Translations under genes and position numbers: made by a program | In this document: one piece after another, positions 42,467 to 64,000 of the stretch | How positions within the stretch are numbered: the stretch's first letter is position 1 | Layout of the letters: the number at the start of each line of letters is the position of its first letter | The notes under the pieces: model-generated | What the model was told of the DNA's origin: nothing | Databases searched by the model: none | The model's input: the letters and a program-made list of their open reading frames with translations, nothing else | From: Tubulanus polymorphus | Taxonomy: Eukaryota > Animalia > Nemertea | Length of the DNA stretch: 64,000 nt | NCBI RefSeq assembly: GCF_964204645.1 | Contig: NC_134028.1 | Coordinates: forward strand, 3,968,001 to 4,032,000 | Direction: 5' to 3'

Positions 42467-42916
42467 CCCAGTCCACACAGAAACTGTTAAAAAGCGAGTC
42501 TACCGGTCCCCAATAGTCACAGGTGACATGTAAAACAAATTTTGGAATGCTCTTCACACCTGCCCAGCTAGCATGAATCCGTGGCCACGAGGAAGAATAT
42601 TTTGCCAGTGGTTTTTACTTCAGGCAGAAAATACGTCACCGTCGGAATCAGATTGGTGCCCGATGGAAAATGGATGAAATACCGAAAAGAATAAAACACA
42701 GAAAATATCCATGTTTGTTTTTAATGTTAAACGTATCAATGATTACAACTATTACAACATATCGCGGCTCCAATCCAGCTCAAAACTCGTGTTGGCACAA
42801 ACAATTTTACAACATATATTCTCAGCATTACAACTCAGCTTTTTATCAAAATTTTCGTGGGGCTGCACTGTGTTGGACCCCTGCTTAATCCAATTACACC
42901 GAAGCACCGATAATCT

Positions 42917-43950
42917 TCACCACTGATGGCAAGGATATGTACCCCATTCAAAAAGCTTCCAATCGCCCTCCCTATAAAGACGATACATTATCTGACACCG
43001 CGTACACCAGCATCTTTTTGGAAAATAAACATGCCCGCTTGGGCTTGCTACAACTGGTGTATACACAGTCTTATTCGGATAGAATTCTTCAATGATCGGA
43101 GGATCTGGGGTACGATTGAGTATTGTCGTGTGAGTTGAAATGACCTCCTCTTCTGCGGTGACGTTTTCTTCCAGTTTCGCGAGCAATTCTTGAAACGAAT
43201 CCCCCCTCGAGAGATCGTGTACATGCTCAATTTGCGTCATGCGTCGCGCTCGTGTTGCTTTAGCTGGTTGGCGATGCACAGCCGGGAATTTCGACGGTAA
43301 ACTGCGCTTCCTCGCCACGTCTTGTGGTATCTTAGGTCGTTCATTCAACTGTAGAAGCTCCGCTTCCACGATAAGAGACGACACAGTATTATCTTTATCT
43401 TTCTTTTCCACCGGTTTCATTGCTGAAATGATGCATGTTTAATATCATATATGCATTTCCCACATGGCCAGCTGGACTTTGAACATATAATTAGCAGTTA
43501 GAAAAACAAATAGTTGAAATAAGAGGACGGAATCCGAAAATATAAATATGTAAAAAGTTTGAACTTACGATTAACTGATAGGCTTCCGTTGGAATTCGGC
43601 GGAGCAGTAACTGATATTTTACTCTTTTTATGTGGAATTGTTCCACTGATGGAAGAAAATGCTTTCGAACTAGATCCAACATCTCTCGTGGTGATAGCTG
43701 TCGAGCGCGTTCCGATTTTGGAGACGAGTGATTTATCGTTGAGACCAAGATCGCTAACCAACTTGGCGGCTTGGTTAACCAACGGGTAATGAAGCAGGCG
43801 ATTACCGGCTCGATTGGGCCTCGTGTAGAAATCTCGATAGATTCGTTCCATTTCATCGATAGTCGATTCCTTACGCGTTTTTGAAGAGGCGGTTCGAGAA
43901 AGTTTTTGCTGCCGCTGCTCCTGTTTCGATTTACGCTGCTGAAAGGCCAT
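42917..43950 (-). CDS. Uncharacterised 295-aa protein; exons 43950-43569 and 43422-42917
   Basis: ATG GCC TTT at 43950; donor C|GTAAGT and acceptor TTTCAG|CA join ORFs 43498-43983 and 42917-43420 in frame (888 nt). No family recognised. Confidence 0.7.
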
Positions 43951-46343
43951 AGTGCACTGATCGTGTTTCTGTACACCCTGCACTCGATATCACTTCGCGT
44001 GAAAATATCTGTAGAAGTTGTGTCTTCGTTTTCACGTACCCGTATAAATCGAATTTCTAAACTCGCTGATATCTTGATATCAAATTCAATTTCAGCGTAT
44101 GTCTGCGTCCGTTATAAGATGATGCCTCATCTAACGCACGTTATATATGTCAAATTTACACTTCTTCGATTGTGATAATTGAATTCGAGAAGTGAAAATC
44201 CTAAATGCGTCATTTTTACAGTGAAACCAATGACAATAGCATTTCCAGGTACGAGAAGGGTTTCATCACAACCAACAAGAGATTTCTCGAAAAAGATAAA
44301 TTCTAAAACAATTTACTTGATCTATGTATATAATCTATTTCAACCATCGATCTCGATAAAATATTTCAAAAATTAAATTACAATAATTTCTCAATAAATA
44401 TGCATTCGTGTTTAGAGAGGCTTTGATACGGAAAATACACAAATCTTCCGAATCCATTCGCAAATACAGCCTTTTAAGTCCAACCGTTTGACGATAAATC
44501 TTGAGGTTCGGAACCAGTTTCAGCTTAATATGACGAATGAAGTGCCTTCAATTCTCGTTCATTCTTTTTCCGATTCCTCTCTTCAAATTCGAGCCTTGAA
44601 ATAACAGAAAATACGAACAAATAGATGTATCGACATATCTACCAATGCGACGGAGTAAAACACACCGCAAGATATTAGAGGTCATTTACTGCTGAAAGCT
44701 CGAGACACTCCTCTCGCAGTGGTTCAAACTCGTAAATTAGTTAAGACTAACGACATACCTTCTTTTTAATATCCGGTTAACGATAACTTCCGTCGTGATT
44801 TCTGATTCACTATCAATAATCTGAAATTTTCCTCTTCGTTTTGGTTCCTGGTTTCAGAAAAAATTTGCGCTGTATCAGGGATTTTGTTCTTTATAGTATA
44901 TAATATGTTTTTGAATGTTCTTATTTGATAGGACACGATGCGACGTAATTAATCTTACCGCGAAAGGATCATCTCCGTGCGATGGCAATCGGATTGGTGT
45001 TTTTCCGTGGACAACGAGATCAATCTGCAGAATGATATTGAACAATCAAATAGCAGTGTATATAGAAACAAACATAGATCGCCGAGGTACGTACCTTAAA
45101 AAGATCCATTATATCACCTGTACAAACCAAGGGAACATCAATTACTACTTCGGAAACGAACTGAAATAAAGGAATAAGTCGAAACTAATTATCATCATTG
45201 TTTCCATCGTGCAACAATTAATTGGAGGGAGATAAACTATATAGAAACATTAAGTCATGTGATCCATGAGGAGATGAAAGTGCACTGGACGGGTTTCTTT
45301 ACTTCGATGTCTCACCCGAGTTGCTAGAAGTGACAGTACTCTCTCGTGTAAATTCAGGATCGGGTAATTACTGCCTTTGCACTGATTCACAATCTGGAAG
45401 AAAACCACACAACGGATTGATTTAAAGTAGATATATACTCAGTGATACGTGTCTAGATAGAATCTGAAAAATAAACTAGATGATTTACCTGATCGGAATG
45501 TACACCAACAATAAGATAATCACCAGCTGCGGCCGCCTTCTCCAGAAAACAAATATGACCCATATCTCATTATAGTTAAGAATAAATTGATTTTAAGCAT
45601 TTCTTTGAAATTTTAAGTCAAACACTACGTAAGCCAGTCTGAAACGTATCCTTTCCTTGCACGCTCTCGCACAATCGGACTCCACCGTCATTTATTGATA
45701 GCTTTATCAACCCTCAACTTTACATTGAACTATACATTTCATAAGGATACGTAAAATATCGAATACCCCGGAGGTATAAACGATTCGGTCGTCAGGTTGA
45801 GGTTCTTTTCCCGATGAGAACTGAAAAATTCTGCTACTCGTCACCAGAGATCTAGCTCCACCTGTGAACGGACTGCATACAGACGGCTAAAATTGTAATA
45901 AAATATATATACTTGTTGTCTTCGCGATAATATTGATTTTTGCAAGGCCGGAGATGCCATTGCTAGCCGTTCTTATCAATTCCGATTTCTAAGAAGCCCT
46001 GAGGAAAATCTCCACCAATCCGCTCAATGCCAGTCCATTCTCACCTGTTCTAATCCGTTAGCGACTGCGTCGAATTCTGCCCGATCATTTTCGTTTGAGT
46101 GATGGATTGTTGTCATCGATAATATTCTACAAATGTATAATCAAAGGCCCATACTTATATTTTCCCACGAAATTAAATGTCATATTTTTTTCACCGGAAA
46201 ACAAATGGGCCTAAGGCGAACGTTACTGACCTATCGATTATATCAGTCGTTGAAATTCCCTGAGTCCGCTTGAATACCCTATAATCATACGTAGAATTGA
46301 CAAGTGAAATACGGTACGTAACTTTCGCATTACGACCGTTTTG

Positions 46344-46494
46344 CAGGCCCGTGCCGAGCTTTTTGAGGGACAGTTCTATTTCTAGAAAAAGGGCACTTTT
46401 TCGAAAAATCTTGACCCCTATTGTTGACAGGCTTTTTGAAGAGCATTTTGAAAATTTTAGGGGGTTTGTTAGCTACCCCCTTGGCACGGGCCTG
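46344..46494. mobile_element. Small TIR element in PCYT2 copy B intron
   Basis: CAGGCCCGTGCC...GGCACGGGCCTG inverted termini; not present in the paralogous intron; no clear TSD. Confidence 0.6.
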
Positions 46495-46798
46495 CTTTGT
46501 ACTTCTGACTTATAAGTGAATCGACGAAAGGTAGTTATTTTGTACTACTATTTGTTACGCGTACTTGAATTTGCCAGCTTCTTTCAATTTAGCGAAAGGA
46601 TCACATCCCGTCGCTGCTGATACCGATACATCATCTGAAAAAGGCCATCATTTGATCGTTAACATCGATTGAAGGAGGATATGTCACATAATTCCACATT
46701 TCAACCGGGATCCTTTAGGACAATTTGTGGTTGTTTTGCACAAAAATAGCGAACAAAGCTGAGTAATTGAACGCGTACCTCCATGAGCACAAAAATCA

Positions 46799-47221
<423 letters not shown>

Positions 47222-47546
47222 TCAAACCTTTGGGTGACTAATTAGTATCTATAAAAAATGAATACGTGTACTTACCATCAGGATGGAGTGCAGCAACTAG
47301 AATATCACCGAGCTGTTTAGCTTGTCGATCGCATTAGAATGGCCGTAATGGAAAATATCATAACTACAACAACAAAACAAGTCATGGATTTTACTCACTA
47401 ATTCAAGCGCTAAATTTTTCCCCTTTGCCTGTGCCTTCTTCAGGAAATATTCTCCCTAATTATTTGAATAATAAAGAACTACCCATGAAAAGTCCTGACT
47501 ATAGATTAGGCCGATTACCACGTAAAAGTATAAGTAGTCGTACGTA

Positions 47547-47964
47547 CTACGGAAGCGATAAGGGGCCTCGAGATGTCGCGTTCCAACTCGACAAGTCGTC
47601 ATATTTATGTCGACATACCGCGATATATCGCGTCACGTCGACATGAATATGTCGACATATCGTGACGTTTTCACGACAAATTTCGCTTTTTCGCCCATTT
47701 TCCACGGGACAAACCGTCATTTGAAGACATGTCTAAATGTAAGATGAGGACACCAGTAATATGACGACTGAGTTTCAAGTCGTCGTGAATATGTCGACTT
47801 GTCGCGAGGAAAGTGGTCGAGAAAGCGAAATTTGTCGTGAAAACGTCACGATATGACGACATATTCATGTCGACTTGACGCGATATATCGCGATATGTCG
47901 ACATAAATATGGCGACTTGACGAGTTGGAACGCGACAACTCGAGGCCCCTTATCGCTTCCGTAG
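47547..47964. mobile_element. Palindromic MITE (probable TA target) in PCYT2 copy B intron
   Basis: CTACGGAAGCGATAAGGGGCCTCGAG...CTCGAGGCCCCTTATCGCTTCCGTAG, ~170-bp arms rich in GTCGAC subrepeats, TA on both sides; absent from copy A. Confidence 0.85.
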
Positions 47965-48454
47965 TAGTCAATTTTCTCACAAATAACATCATAACACATA
48001 TGTACATCTGACCACGATCCATCATCACTGATCGAAGATTGATAAATCTAGAATTGTAATAAGTTTTATACCAGCCATCGACGTAAACCTTCTGCATTTT
48101 GATATCATCCATCTCATCACTTAATTCGTTGTCCATCAAAAACAACAACTAGCAACTTGCAGATCCGGCGTCGTGCTGATGAAAAATACTGCAGGCCTTC
48201 ATATAAGCAAGCAGTTGCAGATGTCGACGCGGCACACGTTGTTTTATTTTGACAATAAGCACTTTTAAGGCGATGAACATGTGGTGGATACGTATATAAT
48301 TACAGTAGTACTCATTGCCTTCATCAAGTGTCCGAATTCTTTTTCGAAAAATTGAACGCCACAGCGTAAACCGTAGTTCATAGTCATAGTTTTTAAGAAA
48401 AGAAAAAGTATAGGCCTACAACAGTTGTACGTCTCAGTTTCAAATATTTGATAC

Positions 48455-48455
<1 letters not shown>

Positions 48456-48497
<42 letters not shown>
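48456..48497. repeat. (TA)n microsatellite (others at ~13783-13808 and ~57159-57177)
   Basis: Direct TA runs. Confidence 0.9.
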
Positions 48498-48499
<2 letters not shown>

Positions 48500-48700
48500 T
48501 CAAATTCTCAGAATGAAAGACAATATATATCTTTCTTTATCACACATTTGCTCGCAGTCAGTAACATGTCTGTGGTTTAGTTTCACGATCGGATATTTTC
48601 ACAGACCACCTCGGCATAAACCCAGGCTTACACGATTAGGTACCGTAACTAACATTTACTCACAGTATATAGTTATGCCACGATGTGCCTTATTCAATCA

Positions 48701-48922
48701 ACCCATCCCCAAATATCCGAATCCAACATTTCTCAGTATACTGAATACACCATATCAGGTCTCGCATTCCTTAAAAGTCGCTACATGCACGTAGTAAAAG
48801 TTTGCAGGCTACCCATCCCCAAATATCCGAATCCAACATTTCCTCAGTATACTGAATACACCATATCAGGTCTCGCATTCCTTAAAAGTCGCTACATGCA
48901 CGTAGTAAAAGTTTGCAGGCTA
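48701..48922. repeat. Two-copy tandem repeat, ~110-bp unit
   Basis: ACCCATCCCCAAATATCCGAATCC...GTTTGCAGGCT starts at 48701 and 48811; copies differ by a single C indel. Confidence 0.95.
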
Positions 48923-51751
48923 CTTACCATCCATCACAGTAAACTCTGATCTTTGCTCGCGTTACCTACACGATATAAGAGGGTTTCATTCATTGATCAC
49001 GGTTAAACTTGAAGCTTCACGAATATCAGTGATCGTGAAATCACCGCCGCACAGTTTACCGACTAAACTTACCTTCATTTCTTCTCGAATGGCTGCAGTA
49101 CTGTAAAGATCCATATGTATGGATTGAGCTATTTATAGAACAACTGATGCGGGAGCCCTGATTGAACAGACGATTCTGCGTCAACGTTTATCTTTCTCGG
49201 TATAGTCTCGATTCCGATATGTGCGGCGTAACGATTATTCAAATTGTCTACAAAACCTTCATTTTTTAGATTGAGAATATACAGGAACGTAGGGAAATGC
49301 GGTTTGGTTGGTATTCGCTCTATAGCAAAGCCATTTTTGCTTTCATGTCTATTCATATTTATTTTTTAACTTCTACATTTAGTCACCTACAGAACTACCT
49401 GATCTTTTATTCGCCTAATTATATTTGCACTTCACCTAAGTTTTTGTCACCCGCCATTCTGTCAGAAGTCTGTTCCTTTTCATTCCATGGACGAATTCTA
49501 TTTATAATATTTCTTTTATCTATCGTAAATCTCGGAAAAAAAACAAGACGTGAGCTCCGAGCCCTGGCAAGTGAGGATAGAAAAAGTAATAAGAGAAGAA
49601 ATTGTCAACCATTTAATTCATCTGTGACAAGTACGAGACCTTTATTTACACATTTATAGCAGTCTTGTATGACACACTGTACAATGTATATACCCAGTAA
49701 CTTATATATGTATATATACAATTATCATTATTATCTTAATAATTATTATTATTATTATCAATATTTTATTATTATCATTACAGGCAAGTAAAGAGAAGAA
49801 AAACCTACAGACTTGAAGCGTATACACAATCACAGTGAACAACCTGTGTTTGCACGGTGTAACAGTGTCTCTAGTGACTACTTTCATTATCAGTTCGTGA
49901 AATTATATCTAAATATCGTTTATAAAACTACCAATTCCCACATGATAAAATTTAGGCAGAGCTTTTACAGGTAAAAGTTACATCTATGTAATGGATAGCA
50001 TAGCGCCGCTTGAATTGGGTGAAATTAAGCATGTACATACAGATCTGACGGATCGGTTTTATGAGGTCAAACCCTTTTCATAAGATTTTTCTACGAAGCC
50101 TTTCAAGGGGAATTAAGCTACAATTCATTCAAGTAGCTACGGAATTAAAATCAACGATTCTCAACGCTCCGCCAAAATAGAGAAATAGACACCTACATAA
50201 CTCAATCAATGTGATTTCCGTTTCTGCTATGTTTTGTCCTCTGCGACAGTTTGCATTTTCAACGCAGAAAGGCCACAGATGTTAACATAACCTCATTCAT
50301 ACTTCGTTCATTGTTGATAACATGCGAGTAAAATCAATTTCTTATCAAATCAGACAACAACGAAAAGAATGATAGAAAAAAAAAGCATAAGAGCTTTCAT
50401 GCTAACTCATGGTTATCTTCGACGTGTTCAAAATGTGTTACTCTGTTTAAAATCGGTACAATTTCATCAGTCCAAACACGACCCATCACAGTGAACCCCT
50501 TATTGAAACCACAGTTCAGTCCAAGGTGGAATGAACGCCATGTGTCAAACTGAATCTAACATTCATCCATCGATAGAACTTTACATCAGACATAAATATC
50601 ATCATAGGTAGCTGTGTCCATACAAAAATAAAATATTAACAGAACATTAAATAATAGGTGATAATTACAGTTACCGGTTTGGCTTGTTGCATAAGCAGCC
50701 GTCATTGAGAACTTAAACAGTGGAACCAGATGAAGATCTGCCTCCTGGTTCAAACAAATTGTCGGAGAAATTCAGACATAAATTTACATCGAACAGCGAA
50801 ACCTGTCACAAAAAACATCAGGGGACCAGAAAATGTGTTTATTATAACCGATAGTTTGTTACATCCGTCCTATTTGGGATGAAATTCTAGATTTACAATA
50901 ACTGAAGTCATTATATCCAAGGTCATTATTGTGAGGTTCCACCGTAAACCGAAATCTAAAGAATGAACTCTCGAGGCACTCTTAATGATTCGAGTTTTAC
51001 ATACACTGTTTGCTATTCGTAATTACGGTCGACACCTCTCACAATACTCAGGCAACTGATTGAATTTTAAAAAGTTTCGTTCTGAATCTCAGATCTTTAG
51101 CTGGGTACATATTCTCCAGGTCAAATCGGTGAAACATTTACAGTTCACACGCTACCAAAACAGCTTACTGTAGTATAACATCATCAATACCGACGTATGT
51201 GGAATCAGTAACACAACAGGGTGCATTAAGTACAGGTTCAAACTGATTCCAGTGAAACAATTTTAAAACACTCACGTACCGAGCAACAAGAGATAAATAA
51301 GAGACGTTACATCATCGAAATTCAAATCTCATGATTTCATAATCATTTCGAATATATGCCGGACTCAGCTAGCGGTTCAAAGATAACTTCAACAACTTAA
51401 AACCTTCTACCGGCTACATCAACGTAAAATGAAACGATTCATTGACCTGTTTAGAGTCATTCGCACTAAATCAATTAATTAATATAAATCTCAAACATTA
51501 TAATAGTCCTTATCTATCTATAAATTACAAATGGAATGGACTACTTCGCGCTAAAAACACCACATCACAGCAAGGCCTAGCTTTAATTTCTCGTTAGAGC
51601 GCGCAGATGTTGATAGGGCGCACACTTCATGTTGCCACACTACACACATGTGCACGCACACATACAGAGAGTTTAAACACGGTAAGAATTTGTTTGTTTC
51701 TTTTTTTTTTTAAACATCACGGAATGCTGCTGCTGCTGTTGGTGGTGACGA

Positions 51752-63167
<11,416 letters not shown>

Positions 63168-64000
63168 CTACAAAACAAACATCGAAACCATCGCGCTTCA
63201 GATACCTTCATCGAAACTGATAAATCATTTCCTCATCATCGCACGATACACAAATAACGAAATTATAATACAACCCAACCGATATAATAGAACCCTTATG
63301 AAAACATTTAAAAATGTCGCTATAATAGTGATCTCCTTTATACATTGAGATAAACCTATCACATACAATTAGCAATACGCAGTATACATTACCGAAAACA
63401 TTTTTTGTTCGTTCACTTTTGATGTAGGAACAAAAGAAGTATCATAAACATCAGTCATTCTTATTCAACACGAAAAAAGACTTCTAATAGAAAGTGTTTT
63501 ATAGGTATTTGTAGTGGATAACTAACAATGAGCAGTTGTTGGGCTTTTTAAGTTTCGGTCTTTTCACTATAAACAACATGAGTTGACCAGGAAAAGTTGA
63601 CGTCAAAGATGTATTGTGCCTGTACATAGGCGTTGACAAGCTATTCACCTCATCAACCTGTAGTGTAGGCTTTATCTATATCCTGTTAGACATCACAAAG
63701 CAAAAAACAGGAATTACATATATCCGAATGTGCTGTAGAACGTACTTCTTGCTTCCCATTACATCAAATTTCACCCTTTCGGTTTATCAAATATTTTCAT
63801 TAATGTTATCATCCCGATGTCATTGTCAATCATCGGAAAAGATCCTTTCATTTTCATTAACTTTTCAGTTCAAAAATGTTTTACCAATAAAAATCATATC
63901 AAAATCTGCTATCACAATTTCAGGCTATGAGAAAGATGTTTTCTTTGTTTTAAATTGGCTGCGTAAATCCAGGGAGTAAATGTCAACGACGACAACCACA

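Noticed and set aside
45645-45660. GTATCCTTT on the + strand
   Set aside because: Antisense to PCYT2 copy B; treated as a chance occurrence, and a caution for single U12-motif hits.
47547-47964. CRISPR-like or coding interpretation of the GTCGAC repeats
   Set aside because: Single large inverted repeat without repeat-spacer periodicity, in eukaryotic intron context.

Overview
Intron-rich animal genomic DNA, apparently from a bilaterian invertebrate (inferred from gene content and compact introns); nothing prokaryotic is present. About 23 kb of mostly non-coding sequence surrounds a neurogenin (proneural bHLH) gene. The rest of the window, in order: tRNA-Arg(CCT); an ANKRD34/63-like ankyrin-repeat gene; tRNA-Phe(GAA); LUC7-like (minus) head-to-head with LAMTOR2; a GPI-anchored Ly6/uPAR three-finger gene; two tandem copies of ethanolamine-phosphate cytidylyltransferase (PCYT2) separated by a 2-exon orphan gene; and USP7 (5' end outside the window). 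Several MITEs sit in introns. Most notable: (1) a series of candidate poison exons in LUC7, one ending at a U12-type 5' splice-site motif inside a U2 intron; (2) the PCYT2 duplication, with two alternative N-terminal exon sets, a frameshift in one copy, a conserved U12 intron, patchy gene-conversion-like identity and a Ly6 exon fragment at the duplication junction; (3) an unrecognised 295-aa protein with a Cys/Trp-rich tail. All exon boundaries were read by eye and need RNA-seq confirmation.
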